IMG/VR virus record: IMGVR_UViG_3300037424_001256
Location: 24,033-88,032 of that record
Length of the DNA: 64,000 nucleotides
Direction: 5' to 3' (one strand)
Origin: a virus
Taxonomy: Duplodnaviria > Caudoviricetes
Below, piece after piece: positions 38,347-49,900 of this stretch; position 1 is the first letter of the stretch; each line of letters starts with the position of its first letter. The notes beneath the pieces are model-generated. The model was not told where the DNA came from. It worked only from the letters and a program-made list of their open reading frames with translations, and did no database searches. A program made the translations under genes and the position numbers.

Positions 38347-38691
38347 TCAAGCTAACATCTTATAGGCAAACTTGGCTACTTCCTTTACTTTTTGGGCTTC
38401 TCCAAACAACTTGGAGACATCATGTTTGATGGCATCGTGTTCAGATTTGTTTATTTCGCTGACGAATTCTAATGACCTGAGTATTCTTGTATTTTCATCT
38501 ACCTGAGATTTTAGGATTTCAATATCTTGCTTCATGATACCGACATCTGATTTTAGAGTGCTAACATCTAGCTTGAGAGAAATGACATCCGATTTCAGAC
38601 TACTGACATCCGACTTAAGGGAACTGACATCCAACTTTATCTCCCGAATTTCCTTGAGTATTTCTTTGAGTAAATTTTCTATCATAACCAC
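38347..38691 (-). CDS. Heptad-repeat coiled-coil protein
   Basis: Tandem (S/T)LK(S/L)DV heptads encoded by 21-nt repeats. Confidence 0.6.
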   Translation of the reverse strand: MVMIENLLKEILKEIREIKLDVSSLKSDVSSLKSDVISLKLDVSTLKSDVGIMKQDIEILKSQVDENTRILRSLEFVSEINKSEHDAIKHDVSKLFGEAQKVKEVAKFAYKMLA

Positions 38692-38755
38692 CTCAAGTAT
38701 AATTGTACAAGTTCTACGCGAAACGTCAACCTGAATAATTATCCAACTTCAAACT

Positions 38756-39217
38756 ATGTACACTCCGTACTCTCCGTGCTATAATTATTGTATGGAGGTG
38801 TATGGAATGTTAAGTGCAACAGAAGTAAGGGCTAATTTTGGTCAGTTTATTGACGATGTAGTTCGGATCAAGCCACAAATTGTTAAACGCAATCGAGATA
38901 CCATTATTGCTTTTTCCCAAGCTTATCTGAAAGATGCTCTATCTATCTATGAATTAACTTTCGAGTATGAACAAGATGAAGATGGTATTTACGCTGGAAG
39001 CATCGAACAGATTCCTGATATAGTGGCAGATGGAGCTACTTTGGATGAATTACGCAATGAACTAGCTCATCACCTTATAGAATATGCCAAAGATTATTAT
39101 GATGATTTTGATCGTTACTACAATGCTTCCAATCGTCGATCACATGCTAATTATATGTTGCGAGTTTTATTGGAAGATGAAGATATCCAATCTGTAGCGA
39201 GTATGCTACATGCCTAG
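38756..39217 (+). CDS. Antitoxin (Phd-like N-terminus, HicB-like C-terminus)
   Basis: SATEVRANFGQFIDDV; EQDEDG.YAGSIEQIPDIVADGATLDE; overlaps a HicA-like gene. Confidence 0.65.
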   Translation: MYTPYSPCYNYCMEVYGMLSATEVRANFGQFIDDVVRIKPQIVKRNRDTIIAFSQAYLKDALSIYELTFEYEQDEDGIYAGSIEQIPDIVADGATLDELRNELAHHLIEYAKDYYDDFDRYYNASNRRSHANYMLRVLLEDEDIQSVASMLHA

Positions 39218-39425
39218 TTGGAGTGATTTGGAAAAATATTTGAAAAGACATGGATGGAAGTTAGTTCGACAAAATGGCAGGGATAAGATTTATGAAAAAG
39301 TCATATCAAATGAATTGACTATCAGAACTAGCGTATCTAAATCTAGCGGTGAAATTAGGAAGAATCTATTCAGTAAAATATTAAAGCAACAACTTGGAAT
39401 AACCAAAGAGGAATTTAATGCATAA
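39210..39425 (+). CDS. HicA-like toxin
   Basis: LEKYLKRHGWKLVRQNG...ILKQQLGITKEEF. Confidence 0.7.
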   Translation: MPSWSDLEKYLKRHGWKLVRQNGRDKIYEKVISNELTIRTSVSKSSGEIRKNLFSKILKQQLGITKEEFNA

Positions 39426-39428
39426 CCT

Positions 39429-39456
39429 AAAACCTGAGCTAAAAACTCAGGTTTTT
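39429..39456 (+). terminator. Bidirectional intrinsic terminator
   Basis: AAAACCTGAG/CTCAGGTTTT. Confidence 0.7.
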
Positions 39457-39488
39457 CTTATTATCTTCTGTAGAAAGGATTAAATGCT

Positions 39489-39836
39489 ATGCCAACTTAT
39501 TTTACCAAATCAACTATTGTGTATGAATCTAGTGCACCATGGAACGACACTTTAAACGCTTTAGATTCAGCAGGACTAGGATGGAATATCCACCTAGCTT
39601 GTAGTCGGTGTTCTACATGTGCTTGTGACTTTTGTTATACAGAAGACCCTAACCCAAGTATGCTTCCGCAATACTGGATGGTTATCTCAGGTAATATTTT
39701 TAATTCTAGCTTTGACGCTCAAGTATATTGCGACCAAGTATCTTTAATAATTCAAATGGATGTTAAGCAATTTAAGAATCTTAATGCAGATGGATTAAGT
39801 TGTTCTCCATTTATTCCGGGGTTATTGACTAGCTAG
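39489..39836 (+). CDS. Hypothetical Cys-rich protein
   Basis: CSRCSTCACDFC. Confidence 0.45.
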   Translation: MPTYFTKSTIVYESSAPWNDTLNALDSAGLGWNIHLACSRCSTCACDFCYTEDPNPSMLPQYWMVISGNIFNSSFDAQVYCDQVSLIIQMDVKQFKNLNADGLSCSPFIPGLLTS

Positions 39837-39877
39837 TGATAAATATCATACTTAATACTGAGGAAAGGAGGTAAAAA

Positions 39878-41314
39878 ATGGCAACAATTAATCCAACTCC
39901 TGCGGTATTGAGAATGTTTACTATTCCTGCACCACCATTTCAGTTTCAACTTTTAAATTTTAATGGTACGAGCACAAACTGGGCTAACGCTCCAAATAAT
40001 GTAGCACAAAGACCGAGTACTACATGGACGGCAGAAGCTAGGGTTAAATTAAATTCTACATTACCAAATCAACCAGCTGCTGATGTAGCTATAGTTAACC
40101 TCCTTACATCTTCAAGGGGTTATGGTATAGGATTTAATAAAGCAACAACTTCTTATCGGGTATCTGTCTATCTTAGTCCTACTTATAGAACCGTATCATT
40201 TAATGTGAGTTATTTTGATGCAAATACAGTTCATCATCTTGCAGGAACTTTCGATGGTCGATTTGTAAGAAGCTATGTCGATGGCTATCTTCGTGGTACC
40301 TTTGATCTTGGTACTTCAGGTATAATTTCTTATGTTGGTAATGGAAATCTAAATATTGGCGCTCAAGGTATTGGAACTCTTGATCCAGCCTCATTATTTA
40401 TAGATGCAAGAATAGATGATGTAAGAATATGGAATGCAACAAGAACGCAAAATGAAATATGTAAATTTATGTTCGAAGAAGTCGATGTAAGTTCAACTGG
40501 GTTAGTTGGTTATTACAAATGTAATGAAGCAACTGGTACAACGCTCACTGATTCATCCGCAACAGCAAATAATGGTACACTTAATGCTGGATTGAGAGAA
40601 TTATTAGTATACAGGCCACTTAAAAGGAATGTACAGTATAAGGCAAAATCACCAACTATAACTAAAAACTTAACAAAAAGTGTAACTGCAAGCACGATAA
40701 ATATTACTGCAAATGCAATTTCTGCTGATATGGTGATTCATTTAACTACAGCAGTAGCCAATTTCTCTGCCAATAATCCTACTATAATTACAACTATATT
40801 TACAACTCCTAATATCATTACATTCACGGCAAATAGCGCAACCCTTATCGTTGGAGCAGTAACAATACAGGCAACTCCAGCAATAGTTAATTTTACAGCC
40901 AATTCTATTAGTGTAGATTTTACAGTCTACCCAACGGCATCAACTGTTAATTTTGTAGTGTCATCTCCTACTATAAGATTGATGCAATATGCGACTCCAT
41001 GTATTATTACGTTATCTAATCCACCCCCAACGTCTCAATTTGTTATTCACCCTACACCAGCAATCGTTACATTTAATGCAAATGGGATAACTTCAAATAT
41101 CATTGTTAATCCAACAGCCGTCCCAATAAATTTTAGCGCCAACAATATAGCTATAGTATTTGGTGGTCTGACTATTAATCCAACAGCAACAAGTGCCCAT
41201 TTTCAAGCTAAAATGCCCATAGTTTCAAATAATTTATTCACTGGCATAAGAATTCATTTTGTCGTGAAAATATTCGACGTTATTAATTATCAAGTTATTA
41301 TTGAGAACACTTAA
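39878..41314 (+). CDS. LamG-domain receptor-binding/fibre protein with T/P/A repeats
   Basis: HHLAGTFDG...IDDVRIWN...LVGYY.CNE; C-terminal repeats 'TPAiVnFtAN'. Confidence 0.75.
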   Translation: MATINPTPAVLRMFTIPAPPFQFQLLNFNGTSTNWANAPNNVAQRPSTTWTAEARVKLNSTLPNQPAADVAIVNLLTSSRGYGIGFNKATTSYRVSVYLSPTYRTVSFNVSYFDANTVHHLAGTFDGRFVRSYVDGYLRGTFDLGTSGIISYVGNGNLNIGAQGIGTLDPASLFIDARIDDVRIWNATRTQNEICKFMFEEVDVSSTGLVGYYKCNEATGTTLTDSSATANNGTLNAGLRELLVYRPLKRNVQYKAKSPTITKNLTKSVTASTINITANAISADMVIHLTTAVANFSANNPTIITTIFTTPNIITFTANSATLIVGAVTIQATPAIVNFTANSISVDFTVYPTASTVNFVVSSPTIRLMQYATPCIITLSNPPPTSQFVIHPTPAIVTFNANGITSNIIVNPTAVPINFSANNIAIVFGGLTINPTATSAHFQAKMPIVSNNLFTGIRIHFVVKIFDVINYQVIIENT

Positions 41315-41326
41315 AGATGGGAGGAA

Positions 41327-41635
41327 GTGATTGAAATTAAAGTTGGAGATATTGGAACGCAACTAATCTTTACCATTACGGACCCATCTGATACAGTTAT
41401 AAATTTAGTAACAGCCACATCTCCTACGTTATGCATATTTAACGGTCAAACAAAAACTAGTCATGTTATGAGTATTATTAGCTCATCAGCAGGACAAGTT
41501 TCCTATACTATTGTTAGTGGGGACTTACCTACGACTGGAGTTTATAAATTTGAGGTTCATATTGGATTTATAGGGGGAAGCGTTTTCACTTCGAGTAGGA
41601 CATTTGATATAGTGCAACCTACTCTATGCCCATAA
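41327..41635 (+). CDS. BppU N-terminal-like baseplate protein
   Basis: GDIGTQLIFTI...GQVSY...GVYKFEV. Confidence 0.6.
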   Translation: MIEIKVGDIGTQLIFTITDPSDTVINLVTATSPTLCIFNGQTKTSHVMSIISSSAGQVSYTIVSGDLPTTGVYKFEVHIGFIGGSVFTSSRTFDIVQPTLCP

Positions 41636-41639
41636 GGAT

Positions 41640-41933
41640 GTGATTACTTTGGAGACATTAATGAATGCCACTGATTGGCAAATGATCACTTTCTTTGTTC
41701 CAATTATTGTGGCTCTTACGGAGGTTATTAAGAGATTCGGCGTGGACAAAAAGTACTACCCAGTTCTAAATATTATTTTTGGAATTTTAGTAGCATATTT
41801 TTTTATACCTAGTGGAAAAGGCAATGTACCAGTCTCTATATTGATTGGCATAATTATTGGGTTATCAGCAAGTGGATTATACTCTTCTGGAAAATCAACG
41901 ATTGAAGTGGTCAGAAATGGAAATGGTAACTAA
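41640..41933 (+). CDS. Holin
   Basis: Three hydrophobic segments; 'IIIGLSASGLYSSGK'. Confidence 0.85.
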   Translation: MITLETLMNATDWQMITFFVPIIVALTEVIKRFGVDKKYYPVLNIIFGILVAYFFIPSGKGNVPVSILIGIIIGLSASGLYSSGKSTIEVVRNGNGN

Positions 41934-42006
41934 CCGGAATAATAAGTAGGATGAAATTTATTTAAGCCAAGGGAAACTTTTTATAGTTCTCTTGGCTTAA
42001 TTTTAT

Positions 42007-42750
42007 CTACTGCCTTAGCTCTTGTAAACTAACATCATAAGCATATATCATATGTTTCTCTATCCAATCAAGATAATTCATTCCACTGGATCTAGCTATT
42101 TCCCTTGCATATTTTTTAGCAAGTACCTTTCCTTCTATCCAACCACCAAGCGTCATGTCTTCTGGGATATCACCCATAATGAACTCATTACCATTTTTAA
42201 AGTTAAAAACGCAAGCCTCTTGTTTTATCGAAAAATCAACCACGCAGTTATTAACCGTGATAAAAGCATGAAGACCGGATTGAATTTTCATGTTGTCGAA
42301 TATGCTCATAATTCCGTGAGTAGGATGAGAATAGAATCCTTGAACTAATCCTAATCTTTTTTCCGGTATAATCCTACTTTCCATAAGTAGACAATAGTGT
42401 AGAACCGAAAGATAAATACATAATCCACCCTTTTTATCCCATTCCTTGATTTCATTTCTGGGCCATTCTTCTATTTCATTCCATTTATAATTAAGCATTT
42501 TTTCAGTCAAGAAAGATAAGTATAAACAAAAGGCAACGAATTGAGCATTATTCAAGATTTTTTCTTCTATATTTTTGCTCTCGAAATACACTGGATCGTT
42601 TTCAAGATAAGGGAATGACGAATACCATCTTTCAGAATATGTCTTAGCTACAAAATTAGCTATGCTCTCATCGCTCAAATCATTTGATAAGGTACAATCA
42701 TGCTCGTTTAATATTTCCTCTAAATCAATCACAATCATCAATCCTTTCAA
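42007..42750 (-). CDS. Hypothetical protein (reverse-strand accessory gene)
   Basis: 247-aa ORF; GGLC...H...HA motifs suggest a transglutaminase/papain-like fold, not confirmed. Confidence 0.55.
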   Translation of the reverse strand: MKGLMIVIDLEEILNEHDCTLSNDLSDESIANFVAKTYSERWYSSFPYLENDPVYFESKNIEEKILNNAQFVAFCLYLSFLTEKMLNYKWNEIEEWPRNEIKEWDKKGGLCIYLSVLHYCLLMESRIIPEKRLGLVQGFYSHPTHGIMSIFDNMKIQSGLHAFITVNNCVVDFSIKQEACVFNFKNGNEFIMGDIPEDMTLGGWIEGKVLAKKYAREIARSSGMNYLDWIEKHMIYAYDVSLQELRQ

Positions 42751-43102
42751 AAGCTAATATCTTATCATCATCAAACCCAGCTCCCTCAAGTAGTCGGTAT
42801 TGGCCTATGATAGATTCACCAAACTGTTTTCGAATGGAATGTAGACAAAATGTTCTAGCGTGTCTACTCTTGCCATCACCAACCATTGATAGTTTCACGC
42901 CCCTACTCATTAACTTTAAGTAGAATCTTTTTTTATCCTGAGAAAACCCAACATTTATCCTAGCATCTTCCTTATCATCTTCAGATAATTCCTTGAATAA
43001 TCTCAGTACGATATAGCCCGGTAAATATCCTATTCTTTTTCTAAGATTTACAACATCTAAATGCTTGGCCCATGTAATTAATTCTTTAGTATACGGCTCC
43101 AT
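42725..43102 (-). CDS. Hypothetical protein
   Basis: GAGGTG RBS; overlaps the downstream ORF. Confidence 0.55.
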   Translation of the reverse strand: MEPYTKELITWAKHLDVVNLRKRIGYLPGYIVLRLFKELSEDDKEDARINVGFSQDKKRFYLKLMSRGVKLSMVGDGKSRHARTFCLHSIRKQFGESIIGQYRLLEGAGFDDDKILAFERIDDCD

Positions 43103-43900
43103 TAATTCACCTCAAAAATATTTTTTACTAGCCGTAATATTTCATAATTTTTTCCACAAAATAGAAGGATAAATCTTCTTTAAATTTTTCAGAAATTTTG
43201 TGGAAAAAATTATAGTATAATTACCTAAGATTTTTCCAGTAATTTTTCTATAAAAAATTGGTGAAATTACTACCAATTTCTAATTATTTTATGGTTGATA
43301 TTATTCGGTTCAATGATGAAAATTTATTCAAGTTCATAGGTTCGTAACAGATGATATTAAGATCACATTTTTAGGTCTAAATATTACAGTGAAATTAATT
43401 AATATTATTGTGTTTTGGGCACTAAGCTCCAGCTAATTTTTCGTTTAGTTCTGCCATTACCTTATACAGTGATTCGTAATCTATTTTGTCATCATGAGAT
43501 ATCCAGACTCGTGTTTTTCCGTTGTCAAATGTTTTATAAAGAGTGCAATTTTCACAAGGAGATTCGAGTTTCTTTTCTTCTTTTTTAATTCTCTTGATTT
43601 CTTTCTTCATTTTTAACAAAACTCCTTTTAATAAAATAAAAAATCTAGACAAAAAGCCTAGAAATATCTAAAAAATTGCCAGAATTATTTAGTAATCACT
43701 CTCTGAACCAAAAAATTGCCAGATTTTTTAGGAAAACAATTCTCCACTACCTTATTGTATGATGCTGGAAAATATTCATATATACTACATAATACTAATT
43801 ATCTTCCAATCAGATAGACAGCTCCCAGATAAGTTATTATTATCTAATGTAGTACTTTTTTACCAATTAATTAAGCGATATTACCATAAATTAGGGTAAA
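43100..43900. repeat. AT-rich region with AAAATTGCCAGA boxes (43672, 43712)
   Basis: Same 12-mer occurs at 56268, 56334 and 56365. Confidence 0.65.
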
Positions 43901-44040
43901 ATTATTATTCCTTCTATATAGGTCAGTGAAGCAATCCCTGCATTAATCATATCATATTTGAGCCTTTATATGGTTGACATTGTATACGTATCTATGCTAT
44001 TATTATTTCAATAGCACACAACAAAGGGGAGGCACAAAAC

Positions 44041-44268
44041 ATGAACAGATTCGAAGTTGGCAAAGAATATTCCTGTAGGTCAGTATGTGATTATGATTGC
44101 CAGTGGACTTTTATGGTAGTTAAGAGAACGGAGCAAACTGTTACCATCAAACGCAAGGGGACGCTGAATGACAAGCCAACGCGTCACAAAATAACTCTTG
44201 GTTTTGATGGAGAATGTATTCATCCACTAGGGAATTATTCGATGGCACCAGTACTAAGAGCATCATAA
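44041..44268 (+). CDS. Hypothetical early protein
   Basis: Own promoter and RBS. Confidence 0.55.
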   Translation: MNRFEVGKEYSCRSVCDYDCQWTFMVVKRTEQTVTIKRKGTLNDKPTRHKITLGFDGECIHPLGNYSMAPVLRAS

Positions 44269-44323
44269 AATTGTTGACAATGCAAACTGTTTTTGTTATA
44301 CTATCTTTAACGGAGGGGAGAAC

Positions 44324-44608
44324 ATGGACAGGGAAACATTAAGGAATTTATTTCTAAGTAAAGTAGAAAAAGAAGATGTGGAAAATGGTTGTTGGATATG
44401 GAAAGGACCAAAGACTACATGGGGAGGATACTTGACGCTGAAAGATGGCGATAAGCTGGCTCATCGTATTTCTTACGAACTCTTTATAGGCGATTTAAAG
44501 AAGGGCTCAGTATATAAGACATGCAAGAATTTAATGTGCGTCAACCCAGCGCACTTATGGCAGAAGGATATAAAGCCAAAAGCAATTAAAGGAGTAAAGA
44601 ATGGATAG
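44324..44608 (+). CDS. HNH endonuclease-like protein (short)
   Basis: CWIWKG...AHRISYELF...CVNPAHL. Confidence 0.75.
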   Translation: MDRETLRNLFLSKVEKEDVENGCWIWKGPKTTWGGYLTLKDGDKLAHRISYELFIGDLKKGSVYKTCKNLMCVNPAHLWQKDIKPKAIKGVKNG

Positions 44609-44783
44609 TCAAAAAGGCTTGCGAATGTTTATTATTGAACAATTTTCAAAAATCAATGCGAGAATCGATGCACTACAAAATGAGATTGACGAGATAAGAT
44701 CAAAACAATCAATCGAATTAATGGAAAAATCTACTCTAGATGGATTATTTATAGTAGTTGACAAAGAAAACAAACTAAAGTAG
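44601..44783 (+). CDS. Hypothetical protein
   Basis: Coupled ORF. Confidence 0.4.
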   Translation: MDSQKGLRMFIIEQFSKINARIDALQNEIDEIRSKQSIELMEKSTLDGLFIVVDKENKLK

Positions 44784-44827
44784 TATTGTATACAAGAGCA
44801 ACAATAAAACAAAAGGGGAGAAATAAT

Positions 44828-45043
44828 ATGGCAGATTTTCCAGAACTCTTAGGAAGTATAGAATTCGCTAGAGAACTTGGATTTGATAGAAGAAAATTTT
44901 CAGTATATTTAGGAAGGGATAAGTTCCCTGCTCCAGTAACAAAGGTAGGAAATAGATCTTTCTGGACAAGAGAACAAGTCACGGAATATATGTCAGACCA
45001 AAGAAAAGCTATGGCTGAAAAGGCAATGAGCGCCAAGGCTTAA
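44828..45043 (+). CDS. AlpA/excisionase-like HTH protein
   Basis: ELLGSIEFARELG...FPAPV...WTREQV. Confidence 0.65.
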   Translation: MADFPELLGSIEFARELGFDRRKFSVYLGRDKFPAPVTKVGNRSFWTREQVTEYMSDQRKAMAEKAMSAKA

Positions 45044-45096
45044 AATAATAGATACCATGATTTCGACATGGTATCTTAATTTTTTAAGGAGATAAA

Positions 45097-45717
45097 ATGA
45101 GGAAGATAGATGTCGATTATGAAGTAGTTTATAAGCTGTATGTACTGGAAGGATACTCCTTGAGGGAGTTGTGTGTAAAGCTAGGATTAAATAAGATCGT
45201 ACTACAGAGGGCTTTAAAGGAATTCGGAATTACGATTCGGCAACATTCAGAGCAAAAGCAAAATGAACAATATAGAATCAGGAATTTTTGGAAATATGTA
45301 GTGAAATCAAATTCATGTTGGTCATGGCTAGGCCCTAAAAATAGGAGAGGTTATGGAATGATTGGTAGCAGTCTCCTAAGCGCATTTAGAACGTCATCTC
45401 ATCGTTTCTCTTATGAGTTGCATAAAGGAAAAATACCGGACGGTTTATTCGTTTGCCATAAATGCGATAATCCTGAATGTACGAATCCAGATCATTTATT
45501 TTTAGGTACACCACTGGATAATATGCAGGATAAGATTAAGAAAGGACGACAAAAAGTAGCTGGATGTTGTGTTTCTAAATTAACTGAACAGGATGTTATT
45601 GATATTAGGAAAGATACCACTTCAACTTATTCCCAATTAGCGGAAAAATATGGTCATAAATCAATAGGTGGTATAAGTGCAATAAAAAATGGTAAAAGTT
45701 GGAAACACGTTAAATAA
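45097..45717 (+). CDS. HNH homing endonuclease
   Basis: CWSWLG...SHRFSYELH...VCHKCDNPECTNPDHLFLGT..DNMQD. Confidence 0.9.
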   Translation: MRKIDVDYEVVYKLYVLEGYSLRELCVKLGLNKIVLQRALKEFGITIRQHSEQKQNEQYRIRNFWKYVVKSNSCWSWLGPKNRRGYGMIGSSLLSAFRTSSHRFSYELHKGKIPDGLFVCHKCDNPECTNPDHLFLGTPLDNMQDKIKKGRQKVAGCCVSKLTEQDVIDIRKDTTSTYSQLAEKYGHKSIGGISAIKNGKSWKHVK

Positions 45718-45834
45718 ATAAAAAGTTATATTTTTTTAAAACAATGGTTGACAAAGCCAACAATATGAAGTAATATAAGTACATGGAGCGAGACAAACTT
45801 AAAAAGTAAAAATAAAAAACAGGGGGAAAATAAA

Positions 45835-46683
45835 ATGACACAAACTAGAATGGGTGGAGCAGGAATCATCACAATGGACAGACCTATGGACAATGACCAG
45901 CTTTATAGAATAGCACCAAGTATCTTTGCACAAGAGAAACATGAATCTAGATCTGCTCGGTACACTTATATTCCTACAATCGAAGTCATAGAGGGCCTGA
46001 GAAACGAAGGATTTTTCCCATTCGCTGCAGGACAAGGAAGAAGTAGAATCGAAGGCAAGACTGAATTTACAAAGCATCTAATGAGATTCCGCAAAATAGA
46101 TGAAATCGCAAAAACTGAATCGAATGAGATTGTTTTAATTAATTCACACGATGGAACGAGTAGCTATAGAATGGTATCTGGAATTATACGCCACATTTGC
46201 TCTAACGGAATGATTACCGGTGATATCGTGGAAGATGTCAGAGTTCTGCATAAAGGAAATATAGTTGACAATGTTATAAATGGCGCTTATCGCATAGTCA
46301 AAGAGTTCGAACTAGCGAACAATAGCATGGAGAGAATGAAGCAGATAACGATGAGTGTAAAAGAACAGGAGATATTCGCTAAGGCATCACTGGCATTGAA
46401 ATATGATAAGGATGAAGTAGTAGAGGCACAATGGCGCGAAAGTAGCGCACCAATACTTCCAGCTCAATTACTAGCAGTAAAGCGTCAAGAAGATAGGAGT
46501 TCAGACTTATGGACCAAGTTTAACGTGGTACAAGAGAACCTAATACGCGGTGGACAGCATGGACGTTCCGCAAGTGGAAGAAGGGCAACGACAAGACCGA
46601 CGAATGGTATAGACGCTAATATAAAGCTGAACAAGGCTCTTTGGATCTTAGCAGACGAAATGGCAAAGATAAAATCAGCTTAA
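45835..46683 (+). CDS. DUF932-family protein
   Basis: APSIFA...SRSARYTYIPT...KHLMRFR...LINSHDGTSSY. Confidence 0.85.
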   Translation: MTQTRMGGAGIITMDRPMDNDQLYRIAPSIFAQEKHESRSARYTYIPTIEVIEGLRNEGFFPFAAGQGRSRIEGKTEFTKHLMRFRKIDEIAKTESNEIVLINSHDGTSSYRMVSGIIRHICSNGMITGDIVEDVRVLHKGNIVDNVINGAYRIVKEFELANNSMERMKQITMSVKEQEIFAKASLALKYDKDEVVEAQWRESSAPILPAQLLAVKRQEDRSSDLWTKFNVVQENLIRGGQHGRSASGRRATTRPTNGIDANIKLNKALWILADEMAKIKSA

Positions 46684-46694
46684 TGAAAACTTAA

Positions 46695-46725
46695 AAGAAG
46701 GGAAGTCAAGCCAGCTTCCCTTCTT
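46695..46725 (+). terminator. Intrinsic terminator
   Basis: AAGAAGGGAAG/CTTCCCTTCTT. Confidence 0.6.
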
Positions 46726-46973
46726 AATACCAATTAATACCTGTATACAAAGACAACGCTAATCGGTTATGCTTAGTTCATAAGGACAAGCGCACAAGGA
46801 GGAAATACAGTGGGATTTAGAGAATGGAGAATTGAAAATAACTATTATCCTTATCAGTTAATGAGGGAAAACATGATCGTTCGTGGTCATTCTGAGGAAG
46901 CTATAGATATTGTTTGGGAGGATATAAAAAACGAATATACTGATTATTGCGATGAAAAAGAAATTGAGGAGGA

Positions 46974-49900
46974 TTGGAACGAATGAGAAACTTTAGCCTA
47001 CTTGAAAGTATTCTTGATGGAATTAACTTTGATGATCTTATTGATACAGTCCAGTGTAACGTACAGGAAATAAACGAAGAAGCAGTATACATGGAGTTCA
47101 ATAAAATCTTATCAATCAGATTACAAGATGCTAACAACACACTTAAGGCCAACATGCAGGGAATACTGGAAGAGCTGGAGAAGCATAGAAAGCATAGTGA
47201 GAGGGGATGAATTCATCCCATTTTCCTTAGATTGGTAGTTGACAATGTAGACACATTTAGTATATACTAAGGTCATGGAAGAGATACAAACAAAGGAGGA
47301 AAACACAAATGACTGAACTAAAAATTTTAGCTGAAAAGCTGGAAGAACTAGAAGCTGATTTAGTAACAATAGAGGAATCTGCTGAATATGAATATGATTT
47401 TTTGCAGGATAAAAGCTTTAGATTCTCGTATGATCGGGATGTAATGATTAGGAGAGAGATGAGTAAGTATAAGCATGTAGCAGATGGTATTTTGGGGGAG
47501 ATAGAAGATCTCAAACAGGAAATATTGACGATAATGCCAGATTACTTCAACTTCAATTAATGAATGGAGGAAAATAAGAATGGAAGTTCTATATACAGAT
47601 AAAAACAACGGGAGGAAATATAGTCTCGTAAAAATTAATGATTGGTTAGTAATGCTCAAGGATATTGAAACAAAGATAATAGTAAATGTAACCAAAGGTG
47701 ATTTCAGATATAATTATGAAAAAATAGGAGGAAAATAAAATGGATGATTTATACTATTTGATTGAGGGAACAAAATCAGAAGAATTCTATGGTGAGTATG
47801 AGTGGTCACAATTGGACGAAGAACTATTACAAGAGGATATCAATCGTAATGATAAAAACTAATTATCCTAAAAAGGTTGACAATGTATACGCAATAGTAT
47901 AAAATAAAGGTAAGAGCAAGAGAGGTACGGAAAAACTTCGCGCCTCTCGGATAAAATTGGAGGAATATAAAAATGAAAACTTTAAAACTTGGTGACAAAC
48001 ACGAAATAAAAAAAGGAGATTACGTTAAAACGCCAAGATTCCTGACAGTAAGAATTGAGGAAGTATTCGAAAACATGGAGGATGCATGGGAGCAAGACTA
48101 TAAAGAAACTACTCATTATAAGGATGATGGAGACTATGAAATTTTGGGGAAACATATTGGAACTAACAGAATGATTTTTGGAGCTATAAAGAAGGAGAGC
48201 GCGAAATGAAAACATTGAAACTTGGTACTAAAATGATTGAAATCAAAATTGAAAAGCCAAAAATGATTCGCTTCATAGATTCAAATTATAACCATTTGTT
48301 CGATTTGCCAGATGGAGGAAAGGTTAGGACTATTTATCCAGATAGGGAGGAAGTCATTAGGACCTGCAAGTATATAGATGAAACGCATTTTAGAGATCAT
48401 GCTGGAATCTATCACATATGCCAGTTTGCCGAATTGATGGAGAAGTTAGGATGTAGAATCGAGGCGATTGAAAATGCTTAGGGTGATAATTAAGAACGTG
48501 GGACAAGACGCTTATATAACTGAGATAGACGATAGTTTGAAGGCTATGCAAGCTATCGTAGGAGGCCACATAGAGGTCGTTCCAGTAGGTAGCGGAATGA
48601 CTATGGTATGCAATGAGGAAGGTAAGATTTTTGGTCTACATCCAAACTTCGCCACGGACTCAGATGTAATAGTTGGTAACGTTTTCTTCGCTAGACTGGA
48701 TGCTGAAAGTGATGGAGAATTCAAGAATATTACACAACAGGATTTCGATATACTAGTGGATTACTTGAAGAACAGAGCAGGATTTGTTTTTAATGATTAC
48801 GACAACCAAGATGAAGAAGTTTAAGTATTGTAGTTGACAATGACTACATTCCTATGATATAATAAGAATGTAGTCAAGCATTGAAAAAAACAAAGGAGCT
48901 GGGCCAAATTGAAAGGATATGATACAGAATTAGCGTCAAATTTACTAAATGATTACAACAAAAAAATGGAGGAATTAGATATCATGGAAACAATTCGCTT
49001 ACAAGGCATCGGCAAGGTAAGGGCAATTCCAGCGAGTGATCTTAAAGTAGGAATGAGAACAGTCTGGAATTTTGGGGGAATTGAAGTCATTAAGAGTCTG
49101 ACACTATCTAAGACAGGAAAGACCATTCAAGCGGTTGTGGATTGTAATGGGAAGGATTATAACCGGAAGCTATTAGGAACACGCTTGGTGGGCATTGAGG
49201 TCTAAGAGCAAAAGAGTAAAAGAATAAAAGAGCAAAGGAGCAAAAGAATAAATGCTGAACACTTTAGTGTATACGGATGGAGGAAATAACTGCCACGGAA
49301 CTAAGGAACTTTCAAAAGATGCCATACTTGAAATAAAAAGACGTGAAAAAAGTACAGGTTCAAAAGGCTATATGGTTGGTCATCGTTACTGGAATAATGA
49401 AAAAGAGCGGGTAATTGTTTTCTTCAGGGAAATACCAGAAGATATACAGCTCGAAGAATTTAAGAGAAGAAGAAATGGATTTATGGGTGCTAAGTGGAAC
49501 CTGCTTTAACTTACAAGGTGATGGCATCTAGGTACACGCTAGGCAAGGATTTGGGCCAGTCGATCACGGAAGTCTATATTAAGGAATTAGGTTGGTGTCG
49601 GTATTCGTGGGAAACTACAGCAATTTTAGTAAATGGAAAATGGTTAAAAGAGTGGGAAGATTTATGGATAAGATAATTTACCAGAAATAGACACTAAAAA
49701 AACGACAATATTATCACTTGACGATATTATTATCTATATTATATACTTGTACAAGGAGTTAAATATTAGGAGGAATAAGCTTGAAGGGTATTGAGGATTT
49801 CATTGATTCTATTGTAAAAGGCATTATTGATAACGATATGGAGAAAAAAAAGATAGGTTCCATATCTCAAGAATTATGTGTCAAGTTTAAGAAAATGATT

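Noticed and set aside
38530-38640. Non-coding tandem repeat array
   Set aside because: The 21-nt period is explained by heptad repeats of the reverse-strand coiled-coil protein.
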